A stretch of 63,554 bases of DNA, filler included, from Rhabdomonas costata (GCA_019059605.1; 37 parts of 37 records of this genome joined end to end with filler, not necessarily neighbours in it), one strand, 5' to 3'; counted from the whole stretch's first letter, positions 50,004-63,047 are shown. The notes: generated by a model not told the origin, from the sequence alone. Translations and numbers: made by a program.

Positions 50004-51500
50004 CTTCTGACTCCTTGGATGCTGTTATTCACCGCCTTGACCTGACTGGGGGACCCATTTATGTCAAATTTCGTCCGCATTTGTTCGAATTTCTGGACCT
50101 GGCAGGCAAGCTTTTTGAATGCCACCTGTATACCCTTGGATCGCGGGACTACGCCCGAGCCATTTGCCAGGTTGTCTTTTCTCACGCAATTTTTGGAGCG
50201 TGATACAAAACTGCTGACCTTTTCACGTAGTTGTGGTTGTCATTATTTTTGTAGTCGCATTACTTTTGGACGACTTGCTTTTATGTTCAGAAAATCGACC
50301 CCACAGGCTTGATTTTTGAATCACGGATGGTGGCATTCGAGGATTACGACGCCCAGGTTTTACGAAACTCGGACCAAAGAGTCTACTTTCGAAAGGTGTG
50401 CTCTGATTTTGCTTCCTTGATTCTCGCTTCACCATATCCGTATGAGTGTGCGGGTTCTCTAATGTGTAAGGAAAGCTATGAAAGCTTGCGCGGAATATCC
50501 CCAAATCTTCCACTGAAAGACAGACTATTTTCAATTTTCGACTTTTTTCGATTGGTGGTTTCAGCTTCCACAACTTGAGCGAACGAATCCAGTTGCGTGC
50601 CCGTCAGCATTTTGTTGTTTTTGCTTTTGTTGTCAGACGCTGGATCGGATTTTCCCGTTCTTCACGGGAAATGTTGTCATTTTGGACGATACTGCAGACG
50701 TATGGCTTCGAACTGCAGATGAGGCTGTCCCGTTACTGTGCATTTCAAGGTTGGGTGAGACATCCCCCCCCCCCCCGATATTTCTGCTGTTTTTATCTCA
50801 GATCAATTACGTCGGCTTTTGGTCTGCGTTGAAATGATTTATGGATGACTTGTCTGGGCTTGCAGTTTGGTTTGTTAGCTTATTTTCTTCCCATGTACGT
50901 GCGCCGTGTGCTCCCCCCCTTCATTGTGTGGACTTTGTTCCTGAGATTTTTCGTGAATTGCTGCCTCCTGTCCTTCAAGCCTTGCAAACTTCATCGGTAC
51001 ATCTATTGTGTAGTTTTCCTGTTGCGATTATATCCGTGCCTTATTCGTGGTAGCAATCCTTTCTTCACCTCTGATGTGATTCGGCCCCTGGAATGTGATG
51101 CCAGTGTAATGCCTCCGCAACAGGTACCATTACTTTTCCTCTGAGCGGACTGTTCTTCCAAGGGAGGGCTCCGAAAGTCTGGAGGCCCCCGAGCTTGACA
51201 CAGAGCTTTTGCTGCACCTGCGGACTCTTCAAGAAATCCACCAGCGCTTCTTCGCCAGCCATGACTCCCAGCAGGATTCCATGTCCTCCTCGAGCAGCCC
51301 AGCGCTTCCACTATCCTCGCCAGTCTCCTTCCCCTCTGGTACACCCTTGCTGCCAAAGCGGCGGGGCAGAAAAAGGGCCGGCCCTGACCAAGATCTTGCT
51401 GTTTGCACTGAGGTTGTGGGACCCCTTCCAACCGAGGGTACTGCGGTGGAGGTTGAAAATACTGCCTCGCCTCTGGCAACACTCTCCACTGCAGGCGAGG
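50004..51500 (+). CDS. FCP1: FCP1/CPL-type RNA polymerase II CTD phosphatase (exons 50004-50170, 50291-50395, 50637-50749, 51054-51123, ~51167 onward)
   Basis: YVKFRPHLFEFL...LFECHLYTLGSRDYARAICQ/KIDPTGLIFESRM.../TLDRIFP...VVILDDTADVW...DTELLLHLRTLQEIHQRFF. Confidence 0.85.
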
Positions 51501-51626
51501 CAGTATTTTCAACAACCACCNNNNNNNNNNNNNNNNNNNNNNNNNNNNNNNNNNNNNNNNNNNNTTAATTAATTAANNNNNNNNNNNNNNNNNNNNNNNN
51601 NNNNNNNNNNNNNNNNNNNNTACGGA

Positions 51627-51871
51627 AGGTAACGACGTTGAAATGCTCACATATTTTCTTTTTATAGAGTGTGCCCTTCTCTCATATTTATCTTTGTAGC
51701 GGGGGGAGCATTAGCGGTCCCAGTGTGCGACAGGTGTTTGAGGCAGGCACGTATGGGAGTACTGGTGAATTATGATTCTTCGAACGTCACCCGCGATGCA
51801 CAAAAGAAAAATATGAGAGAAGGGCTCTCTCTATAAAAAGAAAATGTGTGTGCATTTCAACGTCGTCACCT
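51627..51871. mobile_element. MITE-like element, ~70-bp imperfect terminal inverted repeats (51627-51697 / 51800-51871)
   Basis: AGGTAACGACGTTGAAATGC... pairs with ...GCATTTCAACGTCGTCACCT. Mismatches are scattered along the arms, and the core is non-coding. Confidence 0.6.
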
Positions 51872-51970
51872 AAGGCGGGCTACGGAAGGTAACGGAACTA
51901 GATTGTGGTTGGGGCTGGTTTTTTCTCAGAGTTCGTTCGAGGGGAGGTAGTTAATTCCTTTTCTATTTAG

Positions 51971-52148
51971 CGAGTCCCGCGGGAACTTCCACGAGGACCT
52001 TCAGGAAGCCTTCTACAGCACCCTGAGCACGGCACAGCTGCGAGGCAAGCGGTACCCCTCACGCCGCTCCACGCTGCTGGAAAAGGTCCCGCAAGAGGAG
52101 AGCTCGGAAGACGATCGATCCGACGAGAGTGTCCCCGAGTCTCCTTGA
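51971..52148 (+). CDS. Probable terminal exon of an unknown protein
   Basis: TAG acceptor, then ESRGNFHEDLQEAFYSTLSTAQLRGKRYPSRRSTLLEKVPQEESSEDDRSDESVPESP*. Confidence 0.45.
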
Positions 52149-52761
52149 TGATGATGATGAATCCAGTGAAGCTCTCACAGACCGCTGCAAGCGGGACCGC
52201 AGGCAACATCAGCCCTGGGAACAGCTCGCTAATCCCCTTTTGACCCTAATTGTATCATGCTTGATGTTCGCACTTTTTTGTTGTATGTGCTTGAGCCCGC
52301 ATGAGACGTGTGATTTTCGTGTGGAGAAGGGCAAAAATAGGGAGGGGGCATGCATGCCTTGAAAGGTTCATTTCAATGTCCCCCACCAGTCTCAAACTTA
52401 GTGCTTCTTGTGGGCCTCTCGCTTCAAATGTTTTTTAACTATGCGAAGCTGGCGTCTTTCAAGATCTTTCAAGGTGGATGCAAAAATCTCCCAACCCGAC
52501 TGAACAACACAATTGTTAGTGTTATTTGTCCCCAAGCGAAGCCGAGCAGGTCCGGACCTGGTGAGGCAACGGGTAAACGACGAGTAATGCAAATCCAAAA
52601 AAAAATTGTTCACAATTGATCCATATTCAGAACTTCTGCGGCAGGAAGGTTTGCTTGTTTTCCCAGATGTCTGGTTATTTTAAGCGCACTGGTTTCGATT
52701 TTTGTTTTTTCTCTGCTTTCAACTTTTAAAATGTGAGTGGCCTTGAGGGACTTCTGTGAGG

Positions 52762-52869
52762 ATGTCTTTGAACCAGTACACACAGGTGCCACCAACCCTT
52801 GGCAGGGTCAAGCTGCAAACCAGCCACGGCGACGTTGTCGTCGAACTTTGGTCCAAAGAATGCCCAAAA
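52762..52869 (+). CDS. CWC27: CWC27-like spliceosomal cyclophilin, first exon
   Basis: MSLNQYTQVPPTLGRVKLQTSHGDVVVELWSKECPK matches the CWC27 start MS..Y..EPPT.GKV.L.T..GDI.IELW.KE.PK. GT donor. Confidence 0.8.
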
Positions 52870-53449
52870 GTAGTTCCCTTGAGCGTTTTTCTTTTCGTCG
52901 TTGTTCTTTTGCCTCATTGCTGTTCTCTGCCGCTGCATCACTCCTGCTCGACCACTGGGTTTGCACTGCGAAGAGGCAAAAAAAAACTTTGAGGGCTTTG
53001 CGATGCATCTTCCCAGCTTGAGGTAGCTTGAGGTAGCAGATCATAAAGAGCTGACTTTCACAAGAAAAAGTCTCAGGTACCTCAGATTTCAAACCCATAC
53101 GTGACCCATGCATAGATTACGTAGATTTGATTTGAGTTGCCGCAAAATCCGGATGCGGCATAACATTGTTCTGTTACATTGCTTTGAAACGCTTTGCTGA
53201 ATGCGATCATTTGTGCGTATTGAATTGGGCCCCAAAAAAANNNNNNNNNNNNNNNNNNNNNNNNNNNNNNNNNNNNNNNNNNNNTTAATTAATTAANNNN
53301 NNNNNNNNNNNNNNNNNNNNNNNNNNNNNNNNNNNNNNNNGTTTTGGTGCTCTTGGTGAGGCTACACTGCTGAACTCTTTGTTCGCGTTTCTTTCTTGAT
53401 GTTTCCGTCTTCGAAGTCGGGTTCTGCATTCGGATTGATTGTGCTGTGC

Positions 53450-54661
53450 TTGTGCTGGTTTCATGGTTCTTGCTTTCTGTGGTTGTGTTGGGGTTTCGGT
53501 ACTCGCTTTGTAGTGTGTAGTGTGTACTCTTGTGCTACAGAGTTTTAGGTAGTAGGGTGTTGGCATCCTAGCGTAGTGAATGTTTGCATCTCCTCTCCAA
53601 CCTAGGCGTGGCTTACCCTAGTAGTAGAGCGTTGTGTGTCACCGTGACTAGGTTATGGTTGTGGTGTGGATCCGGCGTGGAGTGGTGGTGTCGACCTCAG
53701 CATGGCATCTGCGTTACAACAGTATCAGCCCATGAGGTGTGTTGCTGTCATCATTCTCAGTACTCTATCACATTATGCGTAGTGTTCCATCTATGGTAGG
53801 ATGGTGTGTGTGTATCCATTTCCATGGCCCTGTTGTTGGTGTCGTGTTGGTGTCATGTTGGTGTTCGTCTCAACCATGCTCTCTGTCTTCTCAGCCATTC
53901 TCACCCTCTTCCTCAACCATGCTCCCTGTTACGCTTTGCTTGTACTTGTGTGTGTTTCTGTCTCCGATGGTGTCACGTGGTACGATGTGTGGATTTCTGG
54001 CCTCGTGGTGGTTGGATGTCAGGATGTTGCTTGGTTAGTGCATGATGTGTTCCTGTGTTTCTTGACGCTTCTGGAGTTGTGGTTGGGATGTTGCTTAGTG
54101 GTAGGATGCAGTTGGTGAAGTTAGAACTTGAGAGTAACGGTATCAGCATGACGGTGAGTGAAGAATGCAGTAACGCTAGCATGACTCAGATGTAGAGAAG
54201 AGAAGACGCCTCGAGAGAAAGAAAACCTCCTACCTGCCGGCGGACCTTCAACATTCACTACTATGAATCACTACTACGCACTACGCATGGCTCCCTTGCT
54301 AAGCTCAGACCCATGCTTCGTGACCTTGAGAGAGTGAAACCTTCAACTGTATTTTCTTCCTGTGGCTACGCCCGGACGGAGCACTCGACAAACGAAGAGT
54401 TCGCAGTGACACGAATAGAAGAAGAAGAATATGATGCTTGATGTCTTTGTAGGGATGTCCTTCACTGCGTTCCGGCAATCACTCCTGCTTGTGTGATGCC
54501 TGATGCTGATACAAAATTCCTCACTCGATGCCTAGTGAGTCATGGGACCCCTTATATTCTACTACGCATTCTCGGTCCCTCGAATGCTGCGTGTGTTCTT
54601 TGTTGGGATGTCCTTCACTGCGTTCCAGTCATACCTCCTTCTCGTGTGATGCTTGATGCTG
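53450..54661 (+). repeat. Repeat-derived region related to the Merlin flank in contig 2, plus a ~57-bp diverged direct duplication (54452-54508 / 54604-54661)
   Basis: Shares CAACCATGCTCTCTGT, TAGGGTGTTGG and TTTCATGGTT with 2038-2300 in the same order. GGGATGTCCTTCACTGCGTTCC occurs twice. Confidence 0.6.
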
Positions 54662-55076
54662 TATTGTGTATAACTAATGAACAAACGAACACTTAGTCGC
54701 ACTTTTTGAGCTCCAAAAACTCTCTGTCTTCTCAACATAGTCGAGCTAAGTCAAATGCCGTGGCACTTGCTGAGAGCCAGGCCCACTCCGCGACTCATCA
54801 ACAAACCGTGAAGCAGACAGTTGGAACCACGAAGCTGATACAGCAGATTCAGGCGTCAGGTTTAACTCCAGAAGCGCAGACTGGTGAGCCGACTGTGCGA
54901 CAATTCATGCGACTTTTAGAGACTCTTTAGCAGGATCTACAGTTACCACCAACCACAACAANNNNNNNNNNNNNNNNNNNNNNNNNNNNNNNNNNNNNNN
55001 NNNNNTTAATTAATTAANNNNNNNNNNNNNNNNNNNNNNNNNNNNNNNNNNNNNNNNNNNNGTTTTTGTGTCCGAC

Positions 55077-55933
55077 CAGTAAATAGTAGCGCTTCCTCTC
55101 GTTTGGAATTCCAATCTGGGTCGGACACATTAAAAAGTCAACAAAAAGGTAGCCCTCGGCAATCAGCGTGGACCGCAAGGTGGCTTGTGTGCGGGATCCC
55201 TGAAAGGAACATTTGACGATAAGCGAGAACAGCGGGTGCGAATGCGTACAGGCGGGAGCCACTATGCCTTTGAAGCACATCGGCTAGAAGATTTCACTCG
55301 AGGCGATAACAGCCATAAAAGAAGGGATGAACAAAATCAGTCGTCGCTAAAAGCAAGGAAATAGACGGCTGAAACGTCTTCACTGATCAATTGTGGGAAA
55401 AGTCATGAAAGAAAATCAAAGGAAAGAAAAGTGTACATCAAATCCAGGGACATTTTCGAAGAAAATGAAACGGGGCTTGCAGATCAGATGCTTCAAAGTG
55501 TTCAATACGGAGAACAAGCCAACGGTTCGAGGGTCTTCATCATCTTTTTGTGCGCCTGGTGAGCGAGAAAGATGAAGAATAAAAAAGGCAGGTGATGACG
55601 AACACAGCGAAAAAAAAGAAGAAGAAAGGAAGAAAGGAAGCGCGTGCTCACCCAGAGTTGTGAAAGGTTGACAAGGAGGAGACATGCACCACAACTCAGC
55701 CCCAAACTCATCCACAATTTCAGGTGAAAGATGCTCGATGTTTAACTGTGCGAAGCAAACCCACATCCACAAATGGAAACAAGCTGAAGCAGGTGGCCAT
55801 TAACGAAATGAAAGGCACATACGCAGCTGGGAACATCTTCGTAATTGAGTGAATAAGTGTCATTGGCGTTTGCATTGTTGTCAACGGCAAATACCGCCTC
55901 CAGGGGAATGTGTAAGCCACACAAAGCAGCGCG
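55077..55933 (-). CDS. DNMT2: DNMT2/TRDMT1-like C5-cytosine methyltransferase (exons 55823-55933, 55652-55745, 55437-55555, 55077-55199)
   Basis: AVDNNANANDTY, motif IV WCMSPPCQPFT, DPR, motif VI FENVPGF, motif VIII PTQIGIPNERKRYY. All junctions are GT-AG and in phase. Confidence 0.85.
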
Positions 55934-58862
55934 CTGAAAAAGAGCGTGAGTCGCCTCAGCTATCATTGATCATGTTACCCGCTGCACGCAACCACCACCA
56001 ACCCCAAGCCCAAGAAACGCTCGATGAGTCAATCATAATAATAATAATAGGACAATACTAATGCATCGCAAAAAGTCGCTGTGTGTATTTAAGTGTAAAT
56101 GTGTTATGCAGCAGGCCCTGCAGAGGTTGCATGCCACCGAAAGCCTGGGCTGTGGAGGGGGCTGAGCCGGGTCCCCAAGGTGCGGGCTTGGCTGGAGGCC
56201 GCCTTTGGCATTCCCTGAACGCTATCGTGAGTGTGGCAAAGGTTGCGGCATCCTGGCCGCACAAAAAGGGCAAGGTGCACCCCCCCCTTCCCCGTCGGGC
56301 AAGCGAACGAGCAGCCGCAGCATGCCAGCAGCACGCCATTTTCCAGCGTATCATTCTGATCGATCCTGCACCACGCTCGAGCCAACCATCCTTGGGGCAT
56401 AAGGAACCCATGACTCTCAGCGAGGGCACGGCAGCCTCCGGACACATGCGCAGATCCCCTGGAGAACAGGTGTAGTTGCGGGAGATCCAGCAGTGAGCGT
56501 GGTTTTGCACAGGCAGAGGCAAAGGCAAGGGACTCCCACAGGACAGGGCATCGTCAACCCCTCATCTCTAGCGCACTGTGTTATTTCCAGTAAGCGCGGG
56601 AAAGTCGCCTGGGGTGCGGGTGCAATGCACCGCGCAAGTTGCGCCCCCCCACACACACACACATGCATACCACACCCCNNNNNNNNNNNNNNNNNNNNNN
56701 NNNNNNNNNNNNNNNNNNNNNNTTAATTAATTAANNNNNNNNNNNNNNNNNNNNNNNNNNNNNNNNNNNNNNNNNNNNTGTTGGGTTGCTGAGTGTCGCA
56801 CGTAGATAAAGGGACCCCACCAAGAGATGCACTTTCTTCATGCTCAGCAATGGAGGGGCCAGCCAAAAGCACATTAGACATTCTTCAGAATTGCGAAAAG
56901 CCGTTTGGTAAGAAATAATAAGAAAACATACTGGCACAAAGCAGGGATTACGTCCTTTAGACGGGGAGGGTGGAGGGGGCGGGACACAGAAAACCAGGTG
57001 AATTTCGGAAAGATTCGGCACAAATGGATGGCACAACAGCGCACGTGACCACACAAATGAAGAACGTCAACTTTTGGTGTCTGGCCTTGGAAGATGGATG
57101 ACACCCAGTCATATGAAGCCCCAATGAACGTCCACTCAAAGCGGGGTCCCTTCGCACAGGAAAAGTGTTGAAAAACGATGCGACCGAGCAACAAAGTTAT
57201 ACCCGCCGGAAGATGTGGCAACATCAATTTCAGGGCGAGCCCCAACTTTTTCAAATGCCACTGTCAACAGATCCAGTTCACAGGCTGACAACTAAATACA
57301 GCCAATGCATAGCTGGGGAAATCCTACCTTAACGACGCACCACGTGCAGAATTCATGCACAGGGAATAAAGGCGAACGAAAAAAGAAAGTTAATATTTCT
57401 GTATCTGTTCGATCATGCAAGCATACGATCAACGAAATGGCACGCAATACCGCGAGCAGCGCCTAGTGCCCAGACAGTCACACAAGTATGCAGCCAGCAG
57501 AAAAGCGCACTGGAAATCCTTGACTCCGCCCTCAATACAAGATGGGTGGGCCACTTGGCCGAAACGAGCTACGGCGGCACGGGACAGGAAGGAAACCTGC
57601 GCGTGCGATAGAATCCGGTCTATCACAGGATGCAAGGACGTATATTTTAGAGATTTGGACTAAAGTAAGCATCCGTGAGCCCCACTGCATCAGACAGAAG
57701 GTCAGCACCACCACCGAAGGGAACGATTGCGGACACAGCAGAGGGACACGTGAGCATTGGTCCGATAAACAGGGAAATCGAGCACTCGCTTCAGTTCGCC
57801 CGCAAAAAGTATCGTTGTAGCTCACGCCGTAGTAGCTCATAGTGTACTCGACTATTCCAGGAAACAAGAGAGCAACCGGCCTAAAACCAACGAACCAAGT
57901 TGTTCCAGAACGGCGCTCGGGGGTCGGAAATTGCTTTCGGAGCATTACCTCAATTAAGGCTCAGGACCAGCTCCTCTCACGGAAACTCAGAGCAACTCCA
58001 GTGCTGCCGCTGTGTGCTCGCAGGAGAATTGCGAGTGGAAGTGCGCTCACTTCCGGATGTAAACGTGAGTGCAGAGTATCTCGCCTTTGCTGCTTACCAC
58101 AAGGGTTCTCAGAGTAGTGCGGTTGACATGGTGAGCCATAAAGCCCCCCGTGGAGGCAAAGGCGCAAACGGTGGAGTTTAGCTTGCGCATACCGTGGAAC
58201 ATGATGTGCATCCTTCCCTGGAAAAGATGCATCACAAACACTCGCAGGACACCGTCCGGTGGATTGATAAATCAGAGCGGATGTTTCCATTAATAGCGCG
58301 CATCCAACTATATCCAGCCAAGAAATGAAGCTCCGTATGCCTCGAAACAGAGGCGGTTTGGATTGAATACACCGCAACACCAGCACTGGCACTCACCANN
58401 NNNNNNNNNNNNNNNNNNNNNNNNNNNNNNNNNNNNNNNNNNTTAATTAATTAANNNNNNNNNNNNNNNNNNNNNNNNNNNNNNNNNNNNNNNNNNNNGG
58501 TTTGGTTTTCCCAAAGCCACATCGCAATAGGAAGATTGGTGTGCAGCTAGGGAGTTGGGGCGTGACTTTAGTCTCTCTGGTTTGCTGGATCTGGTTAAAT
58601 GCCGCGGTGCAAGGAGGTACCCCACTCATTTGCTCCTGGTACAGTCAGGTTCTGCATTGGCTCGGATTTCGGCGTTTTGGTTGCGGCCCTGCCTCGCGTT
58701 GCACCTCCTGTTTTCCTTTTCGGCTTAACGAAAATGTACAAGGTTCAATATTTGACTGTCATTTATTAAAAGGATTCAGAGACTCGTGGCACAGGGTTGC
58801 CCTTCCACCACCCCTTCTCTCTGCCTATGGACCGTTGCTCGCCTTCCCGCACGCCAAACCAG

Positions 58863-59161
58863 GGCTGTTCGTGGTGGGCTTCGGGGGCAGCCCCCCAGCC
58901 ACCCAGGGAGGGGCCCCCGTGTGGCCAGGGTTCCCCTTCGCCTCCCAGGATGCGTTCAGCTCTGCTCTGGGCTCCCTGATGGAGGGGCCGACGCTAGGCC
59001 TCCTGCAGGCTTACCCGGACCACTCCGTGGCCCTGCTCACCCACGTCGGCCCCACCCAGGTCAGCACCTCGGTGGACTTCTCGGTGCCCACACAGGGCCC
59101 AGTGGCCAGTGGCTCGGAGGGGCTGCTGGAGCTGCTGAGGAGCTCCACGGCTCAACAGAAG
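58863..59161 (+). CDS. Calcineurin-like metallophosphoesterase exon
   Basis: VVGFGGSPP...WPGFPF...ALLTHVGP...SGSEGLLELL fits the metallophosphoesterase G.GGS, L+TH.PP and GS..L motifs. Confidence 0.65.
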
Positions 59162-60291
59162 GTTGCGTCCTGAACGTGCTTTGCTACGTACCTCGTTCCT
59201 TTCTGGAAGGGGGGAGGGGACAACGTTTTCCATGACGAGGTGGATGGTGGTAAGCAGGCGCCGGCATCATTGCACAGTTGACAAAGCTCCATTTTATAAT
59301 GCACTTTTTAGGATTAAAAATTCCCCAGCTCGAAACCCCCTGTCCCCCATTCTGTCAATGTTGAATGGTAGGCTGGGTACCCCAGTGTGAAACAACATTG
59401 ACTACATGCACACGTATGTTTTGCATAGCAACCGCAAAAAGTGCCCAAATCGGCTTTTCCAAGATAGGGGTTAAACGGTGGTTTTTAGGCAAAAAAGAAG
59501 TTTTTAGGAAAAAAAAAAGCAAATTACGCGCGGATGAGTGGGTTGGCCATGATACAAAAAATACTTGAGCTTAAGCCTCGTCTTTGGAAGTGTAAGAGAA
59601 GTTCCGGTGACGGAGAAGCAAAAAGATCTTGAATTATAGACGCTTTTTTTACTGTGTGATAGGGCTTTGTAAAATCGAGCTTTTTCAGTTGCTTACATCA
59701 GTTTCTACCATGTGAGGTATCGCAACACAAGTCGCCGCATCTGCTCCGCTGACCTCACAGCCATCGGCAGAATACACTTACCACACAGGCTCACGGCCAG
59801 GGAACAAAAATGAGCCGCTGGTTTTCATACCACCAATGTTCCCACACGCGCTTTGCTTTTCTGAGGTTTTCATTGGGGGGGATTATCCCCCCAATGTTTA
59901 GCGATAATAATATGATAAACTCAAATAAAAAAGGATCCTGAAGAGACAAATAATTCTGCATCTTTTCCCCCTCTTCTCCTCGTGGGTCAGTGTTGGAACA
60001 AAACTGCGCACATACCGAAGACCTATTTCAATGCTGACTTTTCGGGGGATAGGGGTGCAAAATTGACGACACAGATGCTACTTTATGAGCAAATTTTGCA
60101 CCCCTATCCCCCCAAAANNNNNNNNNNNNNNNNNNNNNNNNNNNNNNNNNNNNNNNNNNNNTTAATTAATTAANNNNNNNNNNNNNNNNNNNNNNNNNNN
60201 NNNNNNNNNNNNNNNNNTGTGGGGTGGGATGAGGACTACACATGATGCAAGGCGGAACTCAGGAGTTGGCAGGAAAAGCTATGCACCCAAC

Positions 60292-61776
60292 CTTGAGATC
60301 GCGATGGGCCACCGGTGGGTTCTGCACGTGCATATGTGCCACCGCACTGGTCACGTCGTGGAAAATTCGCATCACCTAAGATTGGTGAAAGGGGCGAACA
60401 CCAACACCATCTCTTCATTACTGTTTCAGCAAACCACAGTCGGGAAACAGGTGGTATGCACACGATTACCAATCGGTGAGGTCCGAAAACTGCAGGAAGC
60501 CAACGATAATAAGCAGTTGGGCGGTGGTTTTGCGGAAAGCCCGGATGCCCACATGCCAGCGTCGTGCGTGACTGGGTGGCTGAGAATCAGGGGTTGCTTA
60601 TTGGGATGGATGGTTGCGCCCGTCCAAAATGCATTGCTCGCCGGTTTTGGTCGGATGGACTTGGACAACAGGGAATGTCTTGTGCAAGCGTCAGACACGC
60701 TCACGCGCACGCGTGCTAAGCGAAGGACTAGAGATGCGGACGACTAAATATAATCCCTACACAAAAATGTTAATAGCGGGCTTCCGGACGATGCAGGTTC
60801 CCTTGGACAGCAGAAAAGAGTTGTAGAGGCCGGAGCCAAGTCGAGACGATAATACACGTCCGACGACGCTGGCATCCATCATGACACACGCACACCTCGC
60901 TCTGAGAGAAGTGACGGTTTTCCTCGTGCCTCTGCTGCATCATCCCAATCACAGAGCCCTCTGCATACTCCTGGAACGGGAAGGCGATCACCCCGCTCAC
61001 CCCTCGCGATTCAGTCCAACCGAGGTGCCAACCACGTGGGCCTTCGACCCTTGTTCCACGATCCATCCAAAACAATGGGCACAGCATCAACCACATGTGG
61101 GCACAAGGTCGGCAAAGGTGAACAAGAGTTCGTCGTGGAATATCTCAGTAGCAACCAAAAAACCAATCCCATTCAGACAGTCGGAACCTTCGGCACCGGC
61201 GTGTGGCAAAAAAGGCACGAGAGGCGAGGGTGCGTGTGCGGTGTGCAGTTGATTTTGCAAAACGAGAACGCACCATGAGAATAAACACTTGGTGGTCATG
61301 AAAATCGGAACCAACAAGTCGAATGATGTTTGGGTGCTCCAGCAGCTGCAAAGAAAAGCGCAATGATGAGACCTAGCAGCGCAGCTTAAACGGAAGGTGA
61401 CCGCTGAGAGGGGCAAAACGCATCGTGCGTAGCTGCACTGAGGGTGCACGACTCAGAGCGTTTGCTCCACCGGAACAAACCAAGTCCAGATAACCCCAAA
61501 ACCTGAGATGTGCAGTTCCAGCAAAAGCGCGTTCACCCTGCTTTCATTCACCTGGCTCGAGAACGCGTGCAATAAGTATCTGAGGCATCTACTGGCAACG
61601 TCGCACAACGTCAAATAGATGTGAATGGTTAAGAATGGCCCAGAATGGTTGTTCACAGGCGGACAGACCTTGAGGAGGTCAATTTCCGACTGCACGGCAG
61701 TGCGCTGCTCCGAGGTCTGCACCATGCACTTCTTCAGCGCGTACTTGTTCTCGGAGTCATCCTTGGTCAGATAGAC
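60292..61776 (-). CDS. Ser/Thr protein kinase, NAK (AAK1/BIKE/GAK) family (exons 61669-61776, 61274-61345, 60896-60970, 60292-60375)
   Basis: VYL...YALKK...EIDLLK/LLEHPNIIRL...ILM/EYAEG...FSQSE/VMRIFHDVTSAVAHMHVQNPPVAHRDLK. All are phase-0 GT-AG. Confidence 0.85.
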
Positions 61777-62321
61777 CTGAGCCAGGGAAGAGAAGCAAAC
61801 CTTGTCTTCTGACTGTGTGAAATTGTGACAAACCCCANNNNNNNNNNNNNNNNNNNNNNNNNNNNNNNNNNNNNNNNNNNNTTAATTAATTAANNNNNNN
61901 NNNNNNNNNNNNNNNNNNNNNNNNNNNNNNNNNNNNNTGTTGTGGGGAGGGGGGGATTCCCCACAGGCCTTCCTCCTTTTCCCAGACGCCGCCCTCATCT
62001 CCCCTGCGACACAAACGAAATGTTTCTGATTTCGGTTTTCGTGACCAGACAAATGTTAAACGGTCACACCAATACCCCCCCCCCCCAAAAAAAGGCACAG
62101 AGAACCGTCTTCCGTCTGCATCACTGTTTAAAGGCTCAAGATGCTGCGATGCTGCGATCTTTGTTGATCTGGAATGTTGTATTTCTGCCTTCTGTTCGCT
62201 GGAACACTGCTGCAGTGTCTTGATGCCTGCGCCCCAGGACCACTCCCGGGTCCAGGTCTTGCTGCCCTTTGCACGATACTGGAGAACGAGGGGAACCGCA
62301 GCCAAAGAAGAGATGGGCCTA

Positions 62322-63047
62322 CCTCGCTGTGGGGCGTCCGTGTGGTGGCTGAGGTAGAACTGAAGCACGTGACGTAGTAGAGGAAGAGCTGGGGTAGCGC
62401 CACTGGGCTCTTTAAGGTGCAGCTCCGATGCCAGCTGCTGCCGGGACTTCGTCTCCGCGGGGTTTGTGCGCATGCGCATTGAGAACGCAGGGAAAAACTC
62501 CAGACAGAGGTAAAAGGTTTTTTCAACGGAAACCATTCCACTGCTGGAAAAAAATCAGGCGATGAAATACCAGGTTGGCTTCCGGCGTAAAAACAGAAGT
62601 GGTGTAGTGCAAGTCGTAATGTTCGTTGTACTCCCGAATCAAGTCGGCCAAGAGGAGCCCTGAAATGAGAAGACCATGCTCTGTGCTTTTGTCATGCCAC
62701 AACACTTTCTTTTATGCAGCATTGTCATGCCACAACACTTCCTTTTATGCAGCAATTTCGAAGAAACCTTCGGCGGTGGACGACGCCTGAGCTGCCCGGG
62801 TATTCTCCATGTATATGTGCTCATGTTCCTCAAGCACCGAAATAATTGTTTGCCTCAGTTGGGCCTGGGAAATGGGGAAAGACAAAATAACAGAACAAAA
62901 CAGAACAAGACAGAACAAGACAGAACAATGAAAAGCTAGAAGCCACAAAGACAAAGATCACACGTCTGCAACGAATACCTTGAACTTTCCAAGAACACCC
63001 TTCTTCTTCAAAGTCTCTGTCACCAAGGACTTCAGGTCCTCAGTGCT
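62322..63047 (-). CDS. FOP/CEP43 (FGFR1OP/TONNEAU1/FOR20-family) centriolar protein (exons 62979-63047, 62768-62864, 62571-62659, ~62322-62452)
   Basis: EDLKSLVTETLKKKGVLGKFK/AQLRQTIISVLEE...G/LLLADLIREY...YTTSVFTPEANL/...SRQQLASEL...PLL (TOF and LisH pattern). Confidence 0.8.
62689..62754 (+). repeat. 33-bp tandem duplication inside an intron
   Basis: TTGTCATGCCACAACACTTYCTTTTATGCAGCA occurs twice. Confidence 0.9.

Noticed and set aside
55077..55933. C5 methyltransferase as part of a restriction-modification or defence system
   Set aside because: It is an intron-containing gene with DNMT2-type motifs, no nuclease is in the contig, and its neighbours are artificial.
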